Shown here piece by piece: positions 50,769 through 59,784 of a stretch of DNA of 64,000 nt. The translations under genes and the position numbers were made by a program. The DNA comes from a phage, in assembly GCA_019326865.1 (NCBI GenBank), contig GCA_019326865.1_4101.1. One strand, written 5' to 3'. Below the pieces are notes generated by a model. That model saw nothing but the letters and a program-made list of their open reading frames with translations. It did not search any database and had not been told where the DNA came from. Position 1 is the first letter of the stretch. Every line of letters begins with the position of its first letter.

Positions 50769-51950
50769 TTATGGTAAAATGATAGATTGTAACGAACTCA
50801 TACCCAATGCTGGAACACTAGCCTGTGGTGCTGGAGAATTCAATTTTGGTGATGAAACCGCATATGACATTCCTGAACCCAAATCTGGATCAAAAACTAC
50901 AGCACAATAATTCCCACTATATATAAGTCCATTCTTGTATCCTTGTGCACTTTGAATGCATTTCGTGAACGTACCAATATCTGTCGTGGCATTTATTAAG
51001 TTCCTCCCACGATAACCGCAGGTGTATATGAAATTATCATCGCCTATGTACATACTAGAATCCCCAGAAGAACTACATAGATACGACATATAAGCACGCA
51101 TGTTTTTAGGAGCAACTGACAATGTACCTGCATAGAATTTATTATTCGAACCCGTAATATCACCATCACCCAATGCACCAAAACTTCCCCAGCCAGTACC
51201 GTAATATCTCTTATCACTCAAAAATATAATACAGTTGTTATTACACATCTTGATTTGATATATCAATGAAGGATCAACCCCAGGGAATGATTCAGTGAAT
51301 GTTAGAACAGCCGGATCAGTACTAGCATTACATTGATGATATGTATTAGTACCAGCGGACAAGATTGTTCCATTAGCTAACAGAATTCTCGCAGTACCAG
51401 TACCAGCAGTACAAGCAACTGCACTTCCTGCACTTCCGGTGTATATTTGTCTGAAAGTAAAGAAACCAACAGTTTTACTTCCCTGCCCACTCCAACCAGT
51501 ATTATCAACTCCACACGCCCATACTGAACCATCTTGCATGATCATCATTACACCAAAGCGTTCTATTGAAATATAAACAATCTTCGTTGTATCAACTGCA
51601 CTAAATCTAGAAGTTATATCAGTCCATACCTTAACACTTACCGCCGTCGCACTGGAAGTAGGATCTTCACCAGCTATCATTATCCTCCCATTGTTAGTAA
51701 GATACATTGTCTGACTATAACCAGTACTACAAAACTTAACACTATCAGTCTCTGGAACTTTTAACCACTCGTTGTAACGTGTTACGTTAGTGTTATTACC
51801 TAACTGATAATAGTTATTCATCCCAGATACATATAACACACCATCCTTTATTAAACTATAAGTCGCACTATAGTCACTACAGGTATAACGTGTACCCACA
51901 GGTCGCTCAACGACGTTCCCGTACTTAACCATTCTCCCAAAAGGTAACAT
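50769..51950 (-). CDS. RCC1-like beta-propeller repeat protein, paralog 4
   Basis: N-terminus MLPFGRMVKYGN; YVSGMNNYYQLGNNTN. Confidence 0.6.
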   Translation of the reverse strand: MLPFGRMVKYGNVVERPVGTRYTCSDYSATYSLIKDGVLYVSGMNNYYQLGNNTNVTRYNEWLKVPETDSVKFCSTGYSQTMYLTNNGRIMIAGEDPTSSATAVSVKVWTDITSRFSAVDTTKIVYISIERFGVMMIMQDGSVWACGVDNTGWSGQGSKTVGFFTFRQIYTGSAGSAVACTAGTGTARILLANGTILSAGTNTYHQCNASTDPAVLTFTESFPGVDPSLIYQIKMCNNNCIIFLSDKRYYGTGWGSFGALGDGDITGSNNKFYAGTLSVAPKNMRAYMSYLCSSSGDSSMYIGDDNFIYTCGYRGRNLINATTDIGTFTKCIQSAQGYKNGLIYSGNYCAVVFDPDLGSGMSYAVSSPKLNSPAPQASVPALGMSSLQSIILP

Positions 51951-52023
51951 ATTTTCCTCCTTTATTCATTATACTATATTTAATACAAAAAGAAATGCCA
52001 GTATCAAGTACTGGCATATTAAT

Positions 52024-53172
52024 TCATTGTATAAATGACATATCTACTTCTGTATAATTAAGAACGTTCTGTCCAGAAATACCACCCATTACTACTATTG
52101 CAAGGCCACAATAATATAATTTTCCAGTATCCGTAAGTATAAGTGATCCAGATGGACTGCGTACCAAATCACACGAACTATTAAAAGAAGTATAAGAAGG
52201 AGTATAGGAGTACTGATTATTATTATTACCAACACCTAATTGCCCAAACCCATTCGATCCAGAAGCATATAGAACTTCATCTGCTTTGACAATATGTGAT
52301 GCCATGTTACCAACACAAGTATATAGAGTATAAACTCCTGAACTCAATAATGTCGGAGTTTTATATTGTATATCTGTAGATGTAGAAGTACCACCTGTAC
52401 CAAATTCGTTCCCATATTGTGCACCGAACTGTTTACCACAAGCGTACAAATTATTATCCGATTTGATAAAAAATGTACTCTGATAACTTACATTAAAATC
52501 TATAACATCCGAAGAAATCATCGTCACCCCAGTAATAGAAGTTTGATTACCCGTGCCCAACTGGTAGTAATAGTTAAAACCACAACCCCATAAAGTATTA
52601 TCTTCTCGCAAATAAATGTTACCAACTGCCTTTTTAACCGAAGTTATAGTATCTACTCTTTTGAATGTGTTAAAAGAATTAATGTTTGTACCATCACCAA
52701 ATGATGATATGTTCGATATATTGTTAACTCCACAACAATACAATGTACCATCTTTTGTTATCAAATTCACCTTCATATCATAAAAACTACTCATGTATTT
52801 TATATCAGAAACATTAACACCACTTGATGTTATCCACGTAGTACAGTCCGTCCACAAAGTTTTTCTATCAGTTACACCAGTGAATGCCTTCGTGTTACCA
52901 GTGATAAAAACTTTTCCAGTACCTTTCTCTTCATACAATTGACAATCACTACTGTTATCTTCCAATAGAACTCGTTTAACATTCTCCGCACAAAGAATAA
53001 ATTTACTCGATGCTACACCTGTACCAGTACCCCAATTCGTCGCAGAAGATGCATACAACTTATCAGTATAAGTATCATGAAGATACATAGAATCACTGGA
53101 ATATATTTTAAAACGCCCTTCTTTCTCAGGTATAATATTCCCGTACTTAACCATTCTCCCAAAAGGTAACAT
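52024..53172 (-). CDS. RCC1-like beta-propeller repeat protein, paralog 5
   Basis: N-terminus MLPFGRMVKYGN; LWGCGFNYYYQLGTGNQTS, YASGSNGFGQLGVGNN. Confidence 0.65.
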   Translation of the reverse strand: MLPFGRMVKYGNIIPEKEGRFKIYSSDSMYLHDTYTDKLYASSATNWGTGTGVASSKFILCAENVKRVLLEDNSSDCQLYEEKGTGKVFITGNTKAFTGVTDRKTLWTDCTTWITSSGVNVSDIKYMSSFYDMKVNLITKDGTLYCCGVNNISNISSFGDGTNINSFNTFKRVDTITSVKKAVGNIYLREDNTLWGCGFNYYYQLGTGNQTSITGVTMISSDVIDFNVSYQSTFFIKSDNNLYACGKQFGAQYGNEFGTGGTSTSTDIQYKTPTLLSSGVYTLYTCVGNMASHIVKADEVLYASGSNGFGQLGVGNNNNQYSYTPSYTSFNSSCDLVRSPSGSLILTDTGKLYYCGLAIVVMGGISGQNVLNYTEVDMSFIQ

Positions 53173-53214
53173 ATCCCCTCCTTATTCATTATATCATATT
53201 TACCCAAAAAACAC

Positions 53215-53243
53215 TTGACACCCTTTCAGTACTGTTGTACGAT
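53215..53243 (+). promoter_or_regulatory. sigma70-type promoter for small-ORF array (diverges from RCC1 array)
   Basis: TTGACA-N17-TACGAT, spacer CCCTTTCAGTACTGTTG. Confidence 0.5.
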
Positions 53244-53268
53244 AGAAGGAATATTAGGAGAACTACAC

Positions 53269-53496
53269 ATGACAAATACCCTTAAGTACTACCTCAATAC
53301 TCTGCCCGACCTAGAGTACGGGAAGTTTCTCGCAGATAGTTCGTGGCTGATTGAGCTAAAAACACATAACAGCCCTGGATGCACCCTTATGATGAACAAT
53401 GCAATTGATACCCTTATAGTGAGTATTTTACATAGCAATATCTACGAGGATAACAATAAACAATTAACAAAAATCTTAGTACTGCTATCTCTATGA
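53269..53496 (+). CDS. micro-protein array member (75 aa)
   Basis: SD AGGAG before ATG 53269; KYYLNTLPD ... LVLLSL. Confidence 0.5.
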   Translation: MTNTLKYYLNTLPDLEYGKFLADSSWLIELKTHNSPGCTLMMNNAIDTLIVSILHSNIYEDNNKQLTKILVLLSL

Positions 53497-53705
53497 ACAC
53501 TATGAGCACTGAACAGTTCTACATCAATGCACTACCAACTAAAAGTCTTCAAGAAAGCTTACTGTATACACAAAAGAATTTTAAAAACTTCAAACGTTGC
53601 CCTAAACTACTGAACTCGTACAGGAATAATATTATAAGAAATGTTTTACAAGGAGAAGAAAGTATGCAATACTATCACATCCTTATCCTTATATTGGAGT
53701 ACTAA
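53493..53705 (+). CDS. micro-protein array member (70 aa)
   Basis: EQFYINALP ... ILILILEY; ATGA overlap. Confidence 0.5.
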   Translation: MNTMSTEQFYINALPTKSLQESLLYTQKNFKNFKRCPKLLNSYRNNIIRNVLQGEESMQYYHILILILEY

Positions 53706-53706
53706 T

Positions 53707-53916
53707 ATGAATACTGAACATAAAGAATTCTACACCAAATACCTCAGTAACGAAGAACAATTGTTTCTAAGAAGTGTATCACCTGTAAGTACCAATACTC
53801 AATTCGGTAGAGATTGCTTTAATAATTGTATACGTAGTACCCTAGAAGCTATCGAATACAATAACAAAAATATTATGTACTCAGGTTTAATAGGACTAAT
53901 ATTCTTCTATGAATAA
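53707..53916 (+). CDS. micro-protein array member (69 aa)
   Basis: MNTEHKEFYTKYL; TAAtATG junction. Confidence 0.55.
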   Translation: MNTEHKEFYTKYLSNEEQLFLRSVSPVSTNTQFGRDCFNNCIRSTLEAIEYNNKNIMYSGLIGLIFFYE

Positions 53917-54103
53917 TCATAAAGATTTCTATGGTAGTAAACTACACAAACATGAACAGCTATCATTCTCTTTAGCACCACCTATGAGAAAGGATAATCT
54001 ATATTATAATTACGATTTCAGGATGGCGACACGTTATGCAATAGAACATCAGTTCCCTGAAACTAAGTACCGCTCTATCCTGAACCTCATCTTTAAGTTC
54101 TAA
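53909..54103 (+). CDS. micro-protein array member (64 aa)
   Basis: MNNHKDFYGSKL ... LNLIFKF. Confidence 0.55.
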   Translation: MNNHKDFYGSKLHKHEQLSFSLAPPMRKDNLYYNYDFRMATRYAIEHQFPETKYRSILNLIFKF

Positions 54104-54150
54104 AAACCGCACCAGGGTCCGAGTACTTTAACATAGTAAGGCTAATTACA

Positions 54151-54336
54151 ATGAATCACATAAGCTACTACTACCAACAACTATCCGACAGAGACAAGTA
54201 CAGCCACAATTCCCATGTATGGTACTACAAACGCGGCAGTATAAGAGACAAACAACATTACTTCTGTATTTCTATTAAAGAAGCACTAACAACTAAGTAC
54301 ACGTACAGAGCAGTACTTAAACTAATCTCTATCTAA
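54151..54336 (+). CDS. micro-protein array member (61 aa)
   Basis: MNHISYYYQQL ... LKLISI. Confidence 0.5.
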   Translation: MNHISYYYQQLSDRDKYSHNSHVWYYKRGSIRDKQHYFCISIKEALTTKYTYRAVLKLISI

Positions 54337-54344
54337 GGAATACT

Positions 54345-54524
54345 ATGCAAGAATTCTATATAGAACATATAACCATAAAAGACCGTTTCATGTACGACAC
54401 CTTCGTGAAATACTACAAACTGGGAACAAAAAGTACTAAAAATATTAATCTCAATAGCTGCATACACCAAGCACTAACAAAAGATAATCCCTTCAGGGAA
54501 ATCCTCGCTCTCGCATCTGTATAA
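54345..54524 (+). CDS. micro-protein array member (59 aa)
   Basis: MQEFYIEHI ... ILALASV; below track cutoff. Confidence 0.45.
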   Translation: MQEFYIEHITIKDRFMYDTFVKYYKLGTKSTKNINLNSCIHQALTKDNPFREILALASV

Positions 54525-54534
54525 AGGAAACCAA

Positions 54535-55194
54535 ATGAAACTTAATCAACACAGCAAACAATACCTTAAACACTTTAAGTACCTCAACAGTATTCAAGCA
54601 GAATCTTTTACACCAGCATATACGTATCACCCAAATGTACTAAAGAAACGAAATAAAAAGAAAAAATCCAGAAATGTTCTCGTATCTAAGAACCTCAAAT
54701 CGTACTTGAAGAAAAATAATATAGCTCTTGCTTTTATTAATATCTATAATACTGATTTAAAAGTATTGAGTACTAATACCAGCACAAAAGCACTAAAGAA
54801 TGCATCTATCTATATACACATGGATAATATCCCGTGCACTATAATTCTATCTTCCGGGAATGTATACTTCTTCGGGAATTGTAATAGCACCCATGATATC
54901 AGTACTGCACAATTCCAAATCGGAGATATGTACTGCATGGGTTCAGAAAAAATACACGATAACATGCACTTCTTCCAAAAGCAACGTACTAACGAAACTG
55001 ATACAGTACTGCAATTCCTCAAAGAATTACAAAACAAAGAATTATCCGAGGAAGAAGAATTCATGTACAGTACTGTAATCGATAATCCAGGACTCTATAA
55101 AAACGCGTACAAACTAACAAAACATGTACAGGAACTTATCAGTACTGATAAGAAATTCCATCACCTCATTACGTATATTTCAAACTATGTATAA
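54535..55194 (+). CDS. hypothetical protein inside micro-protein array, C-terminal EEEFMYSTV motif
   Basis: 219 aa; basic N-terminal region. Confidence 0.5.
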   Translation: MKLNQHSKQYLKHFKYLNSIQAESFTPAYTYHPNVLKKRNKKKKSRNVLVSKNLKSYLKKNNIALAFINIYNTDLKVLSTNTSTKALKNASIYIHMDNIPCTIILSSGNVYFFGNCNSTHDISTAQFQIGDMYCMGSEKIHDNMHFFQKQRTNETDTVLQFLKELQNKELSEEEEFMYSTVIDNPGLYKNAYKLTKHVQELISTDKKFHHLITYISNYV

Positions 55195-55369
55195 AGAATT
55201 CTACAAAGATAAAATCCCAATGCATCTACAACACCATATACCAAACGTTGCATTGGGCATAAAAGATCACGCAAAGATAATGTTCCAACAATGTACTAAG
55301 TACACGCTCATATACGATGATAATCCATATATGCTGTACTACGTAGTAATGCTAACATTCAGGTACTAA
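55187..55369 (+). CDS. micro-protein array member (60 aa)
   Basis: MYKEFYKDKIP ... VMLTFRY; track start 55124 trimmed. Confidence 0.55.
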   Translation: MYKEFYKDKIPMHLQHHIPNVALGIKDHAKIMFQQCTKYTLIYDDNPYMLYYVVMLTFRY

Positions 55370-55370
55370 T

Positions 55371-55550
55371 ATGCACAAATATAAAGAATTCTACCTCTCG
55401 TACCTTAATTCCGATATAGTAACATCCAATACCTTCAGTACTAAAATTATCTATAATGAAGTAATGAAAGAATGTATTAAAGGTGCTATTAACCCTAAAG
55501 ATACGTATGACTTGTACTATGCAGTACTAACCCTTGTTTTCACGAAATAA
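55371..55550 (+). CDS. micro-protein array member (59 aa)
   Basis: MHKYKEFYLSYL ... LTLVFTK; TAAtATG junction. Confidence 0.5.
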   Translation: MHKYKEFYLSYLNSDIVTSNTFSTKIIYNEVMKECIKGAINPKDTYDLYYAVLTLVFTK

Positions 55551-55558
55551 CACATAAT

Positions 55559-55747
55559 ATGAATAACCACAAAGAATACTACATACAATTTCTCCCCAGT
55601 ATTTTTGAACACTACGCCAGATATAAAGTCCCCCTGGATAACGATTTGGCAGTACTGGGATTCAATCACTGCATAGAACGAAGTATAGAAAATAGTAATA
55701 GCTATGAACAATTATATAACACTATCCTACTTATATTCAGGTACTAA
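55559..55747 (+). CDS. micro-protein array member (62 aa)
   Basis: MNNHKEYYIQFLP ... LLIFRY. Confidence 0.55.
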   Translation: MNNHKEYYIQFLPSIFEHYARYKVPLDNDLAVLGFNHCIERSIENSNSYEQLYNTILLIFRY

Positions 55748-55748
55748 T

Positions 55749-55937
55749 ATGCACAAAGAATACTACGCAAAATATTTCCCAATGTATCTCAGAACTAATC
55801 TATTAGATAAACCTCGCGATATCAATGCACAAAACGATAAAGTGTACTTTATTATGTGCACTAAAGCATGTATACTAGATCATGACAGCTACCATCGAGT
55901 ACTGTATCATACACTGTACCTAGCTTTCGTATTCTAA
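55749..55937 (+). CDS. micro-protein array member (62 aa)
   Basis: MHKEYYAKYFP ... LYLAFVF; TAAtATG junction. Confidence 0.55.
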   Translation: MHKEYYAKYFPMYLRTNLLDKPRDINAQNDKVYFIMCTKACILDHDSYHRVLYHTLYLAFVF

Positions 55938-55946
55938 GAGAACAAT

Positions 55947-56132
55947 ATGCATAAAGAATTCTACTTAAGCCATCTGGATCTAAACTCCCAAATGCTTATA
56001 CCACTAATCCCAATAGATATCAAGGATAAGAAAAATACCGAACAATTCATTTACCATACACAGTGTGCGATCACCCCAAATTACATTCCATATGAATTGT
56101 ACTACATTCTCGCCCTAATATATAGGTACTAA
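55947..56132 (+). CDS. micro-protein array member (61 aa)
   Basis: MHKEFYLSHL ... LALIYRY. Confidence 0.55.
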   Translation: MHKEFYLSHLDLNSQMLIPLIPIDIKDKKNTEQFIYHTQCAITPNYIPYELYYILALIYRY

Positions 56133-56133
56133 T

Positions 56134-56319
56134 ATGCATAGAGAATACTACACACAATTTGTTAAAGGGAACTACAAACATGCCGTACCCAGAACCCCTT
56201 TAAATTCTCATGACCCAAGTACTATATTCCTGTTTAATGACGCAATACGTACAGTACTCAATACTAAAGATGAACAAGTGCAGTACGTATTCTTACTTTT
56301 ACTTATATACAGACACTAA
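56134..56319 (+). CDS. micro-protein array member (61 aa)
   Basis: MHREYYTQFV ... LLLLIYRH; TAAtATG junction. Confidence 0.55.
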   Translation: MHREYYTQFVKGNYKHAVPRTPLNSHDPSTIFLFNDAIRTVLNTKDEQVQYVFLLLLIYRH

Positions 56320-56342
56320 CTAATATACAGACACTAACTAAT

Positions 56343-56525
56343 ATGAATAAAGAACATAAAGACTTCTACATAAGAAAACTAACATTCGTCCCCGTAAGAA
56401 TATACAAAGAATGCGACCCAAGATTATACCTATGGCACTTCAATGAGTGCATAAAAGATTCTATATACCCTAAGAACTATAAAGAACAATTGTGCTCAGT
56501 ACTAACACTAGTACTATCATATTAA
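56343..56525 (+). CDS. micro-protein array member (60 aa)
   Basis: MNKEHKDFYIRKL ... LTLVLSY; preceded by 18-bp tandem duplication. Confidence 0.55.
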   Translation: MNKEHKDFYIRKLTFVPVRIYKECDPRLYLWHFNECIKDSIYPKNYKEQLCSVLTLVLSY

Positions 56526-56538
56526 TAGAGATAATACT

Positions 56539-56730
56539 ATGTATAAAGAGTACTATATAAGTAAACTCAAAGAGAATGAACAAGCATGGATTAAATCTAT
56601 AATAGCACTTGCATTTAATAGATATGCATTTAACAGATGCACAGAGATTGCTATAGAACCTTGTCCTATTAAAGAGAAGGCACAGTACAATCAGTACTAC
56701 TATATGTTAATGCTTATATATAGAAAGTAA
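56539..56730 (+). CDS. micro-protein array member (63 aa)
   Basis: MYKEYYISKL ... MLMLIYRK. Confidence 0.55.
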   Translation: MYKEYYISKLKENEQAWIKSIIALAFNRYAFNRCTEIAIEPCPIKEKAQYNQYYYMLMLIYRK

Positions 56731-57124
56731 TTCAACATAGAGACAGGGGAAGCTCCGCAGGGTAAGCATTGGACAGGCTTTAACATATGTTATATATGTT
56801 AAAATTCAGCCTGGACAAATGCGATCACTAGGATTCTCCCCAGGCTAAACCCCGTAATCATATATAAACATTTAAGTAATCATTTATAATCATTGTGGTG
56901 ATCAGTAGTGATTAGTATTGAGTACTAGAGTGTAATAGAGTACAGGAATGTGCACGTTTAATCAAGAACGTAGCAGTACTGATATGCCACTAAGTAGGCA
57001 GAGGAAGTCTGCCGTACTTTGTAGTTTCCAAGCTCCTTTTCCATTTTGCAAATTACATCAAATGTAATCAAAAGTAATCACGTAATGATTAGTACTGAAA
57101 TATTAGTTTCATCTTTTTTCAAAT

Positions 57125-57200
57125 ACCTTTTTACCCTTCGGGATAAATGTATTTTTATCCATTTACCTTTGGGGTAAAATCCCATTACCCCTTGAGGCTC
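57125..57200. repeat. three degenerate ~15-bp direct repeats
   Basis: TACCCTTCGGGATA / TACCTTTGGGGTAA / TACCCCTTGAGGCT in ORF-free DNA. Confidence 0.5.
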
Positions 57201-57386
57201 CAGCAAAAAGTTGGAAAGTACTCCATCGTAAATATGGATCGTAAAAATTTTGGAGTACCTATGAAATAAAAGTTGGATCTTCGAAAGTTGAAATTTACGT
57301 TGGGACATTGATGTTTTTTGGGATATAATGAGTTTTGTAGTGATGAAGTTTGTACGATTACAGTACTGAATAATGAAAGAAAGCTA

Positions 57387-57414
57387 TTGACATTATGATT
57401 CAGTACTGTATAAT
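57387..57414 (+). promoter_or_regulatory. sigma70-type promoter, family A, with no ORF downstream
   Basis: TTGACA-N16-TGTATAAT with TTCAGTACTG spacer; nearest downstream ORF of 60 aa or more is 1.3 kb away. Confidence 0.5.
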
Positions 57415-57785
57415 GTTCTACATAGAGAGATGAGTTGCCGCAAACAATTCATTCACTCTACCTCCTGTCGTGAGACAGTACAGAAAAGATAGTTCCTCCT
57501 ATGCGTGGTACATCTTTTTATAACCTCTTTTTTCGTAATATAAACAGTACTGGTATTAACAGAATGGTATCAGTACTGACTTTAATCTAATACATTATGC
57601 CACCAGCACAAGCTGGTGGATTCCCTCTAACAGTATTCAGTACTACATGATAGTCTTCATCCTCCTAGGGTAACATAGTGAGGGCTATTGTGGGAGTACT
57701 GAATACTCCTTTCAAAAGATAGAATAATGGTATAGTACCGACGGATTTTGGGCGTAGTTACCCTGGGTGGATTTTGGACGTAGAT

Positions 57786-57932
57786 ATGTCTAGCCCTCCA
57801 GAAGTCTGGAAGTAAAGATGGCTATCCATCTAGACGGCTAAACGGATAGATTTCTAGATGGCTGTATGGCTAGACGTTTGGATGGCTAAACGGCTAGATG
57901 GTTACACGTCTGGAAGTATAGACGGCTAAATC
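57786..57932. repeat. iteron-like cluster of short direct repeats
   Basis: GGCTAAACGG x2, GTCTGGAAGTA x2, GATGGCT x3, TAGACGG x2, TAGATGG x2 within ~150 bp. Confidence 0.55.
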
Positions 57933-58619
57933 AAAATTTTTATTTTGTTTTTCCAATAGTTCCCCTACCGCGTGAGGATATTTTTCCCCGCAGTATCTGG
58001 AGTTAGATTTTTCTGAATCTGGAATCATTATCTAATAAACTGGGGGCAATGTCAACCGCCTGGATGAATATTTTTAAAAATAATCTAGTACTGAATTTTG
58101 GGCGTAACTATGCACCCGGTGGGCTTGAGTCTTTCTCGACTTGATGAAACTATTATACAGTACTAGAAAAATAAAGCAATACCCTAAACGCAAAAAATTT
58201 AATTAATTTGCTTGCTATCCTGGGCCGTACTATGGTACTATTAGTTCAGTACTGAGAAAGTGCTTTAACCTGCTAGGGTGCGGGAGTGTATCCTTTTTAA
58301 ATTATATGAATTTTGGACGCAATCCCGCACCCTGTGGGTTAGTGCCTTGTGTCCGGCTTATGTAGTAATTATACGCTTTTTCAGTACTGAGTCAATAGCT
58401 AAAAACAAAAATAATTGAAAATAATTTAACGCGTTTAAACGGCCCGTAAAGCCCTGGAGTGATTGGAATGGTACAAATGTATAGCTTAGGTGTATTAATG
58501 CGTTAGAATGCGTCTGAGGCCGTTTTACGGGGTGTAGTGGTGATTTGGTTGATTCAGTACTGAATGATAGTATTCCTATATAGAAAGAAAACTATTTTAA
58601 AAGTACATGTAGAAAGTAC

Positions 58620-58647
58620 TTGCAAAGTATTGGGAAAGGTGTAGAAT
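58620..58647 (+). promoter_or_regulatory. promoter, family B (TTGCAA-N16-TAGAAT) + 5' hairpin
   Basis: Followed by TTTTACATCGAG and hairpin AGCGGGAA-CAC-TTCCCGCT (58661-58679). Confidence 0.55.
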
Positions 58648-58702
58648 GTTTTACATCGAGAGCGGGAACACTTCCCGCTGCACATAAAGAGAGATTAAAA
58701 CG

Positions 58703-59065
58703 ATGGCTACTCAAATCAATAAAATTATTGCTAACCTGGTTAACTTCCGCGACGAGATGAAAGGTCTTCCGGCTGAAACGGTAAAAATTCACATTTCAGC
58801 TTATCGGGAACTTATTGCAATGTTACCGCTTAAGCGTGAACAATACGCCGCTACCGTGATGCTTGATGCGATGATCCATGAGATGATCGCCAGTGATTTA
58901 ACGATGGTTTATCAGTACATGGGCGAAAATTTCGCGGTGTCTGGTAAGCCAGTACCAGGGATGGCAACTACTGAGGAATTGCACGGTTTAAATTTAAAAC
59001 AAGATGCATGGGATAATATGCCTCGTTTCCTGGTATGGGCTGACAGTGGCAAAATTTACAAATAA
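58703..59065 (+). CDS. hypothetical protein
   Basis: 120 aa; higher-GC codon usage typical of the 58.6-64 kb block. Confidence 0.55.
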   Translation: MATQINKIIANLVNFRDEMKGLPAETVKIHISAYRELIAMLPLKREQYAATVMLDAMIHEMIASDLTMVYQYMGENFAVSGKPVPGMATTEELHGLNLKQDAWDNMPRFLVWADSGKIYK

Positions 59066-59079
59066 GTTTAATAAAGTAC

Positions 59080-59107
59080 TTGCATACTAAGTTAAAACAA
59101 GTATAAT
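59080..59107 (+). promoter_or_regulatory. promoter, family B (TTGCAT-N16-TATAAT) + 5' hairpins
   Basis: Followed by hairpins GGGAAGTTT/AAACTTCCC and AGGGGAA-TAG-TTCCCC. Confidence 0.55.
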
Positions 59108-59186
59108 ACTTTCTATCAGGTGCAACGGGAAGTTTTTAAACTTCCCTATAGGGGAATAGTTCCCCACTATATAAGAGGATTAAAAA

Positions 59187-59426
59187 ATGGCTAAATCAAA
59201 AATGTTCTTAGGTCACAAAAACAAAACTCATTGGAATGTAAGCCTTTGGATTAATAACGATGAGTCATTGTACCGGTTGGCCCAGGACTTTATTGCCGCC
59301 AACACTAATCGCAATGATGCGGCCCGTCATATGATGTTATTTTTAGAACAGACTGGACAAGATAAAACACCGGACGGATTCAAATATAGCACTACTGCGA
59401 TCCGTGCGGCGATGGTTGGAATGTAA
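59187..59426 (+). CDS. hypothetical protein, 79-aa paralog A
   Basis: SD AGAGGAT; KNKTHWNVSLWINNDESLYR ... PDGFKYSTTAIRAAMVGM; paralog of 61223 ORF. Confidence 0.6.
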   Translation: MAKSKMFLGHKNKTHWNVSLWINNDESLYRLAQDFIAANTNRNDAARHMMLFLEQTGQDKTPDGFKYSTTAIRAAMVGM

Positions 59427-59511
59427 TAGAATTTATTTAAAGTACTATCGCAAAAAATGATAGTACTTTATAATAGTGTTTTATTCATACACCAACGATA
59501 AGGGCAACAGC

Positions 59512-59778
59512 ATGAATATTAAGTATTTTGCGACGCGTGAACAAGCTCGGAAGGCGGCGAAAGTGGAAGGTGCAACGTTTAAAGATATGGGCATACAATC
59601 GGAACGTGGTAAACGTTGGGCCATTGTAAAGCGTAGTACAGCCAGATCATTACAGTACTGGTTATCAGCTTTAAAAAGTCCTGATAGTGTATCGCGTCGA
59701 GTGGTAGAAATAAAGCTCGACCGTAAGGGGAATCGTGTTACCGTGTACCGTACTAAAAAGATTGCAGTACTTGAATAA
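59512..59778 (+). CDS. hypothetical basic protein
   Basis: Track ORF 59476..59778 trimmed to ATG 59512. Confidence 0.45.
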   Translation: MNIKYFATREQARKAAKVEGATFKDMGIQSERGKRWAIVKRSTARSLQYWLSALKSPDSVSRRVVEIKLDRKGNRVTVYRTKKIAVLE

Positions 59779-59784
59779 AAGTAC

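Noticed and set aside
46944-53172. Annotating the RCC1-like paralogs as tail fibres outright
   Set aside because: Composition and tandem diversification are suggestive, but no recognisable tail-fibre, collar or chaperone motifs were seen; the receptor-binding role is left as a hypothesis.
57786-57932. Possible CRISPR array
   Set aside because: Repeats are short (7-11 bp), irregular in spacing and sequence, with no uniform repeat-spacer periodicity and no cas genes nearby; better described as iteron-like repeats.
56731-58702. Prophage-host junction or attachment site
   Set aside because: No integrase, no host-like housekeeping genes on either side, and phage-type promoters and the CAGTACTG palindrome continue across the boundary; more likely an internal module seam, origin or terminal region.
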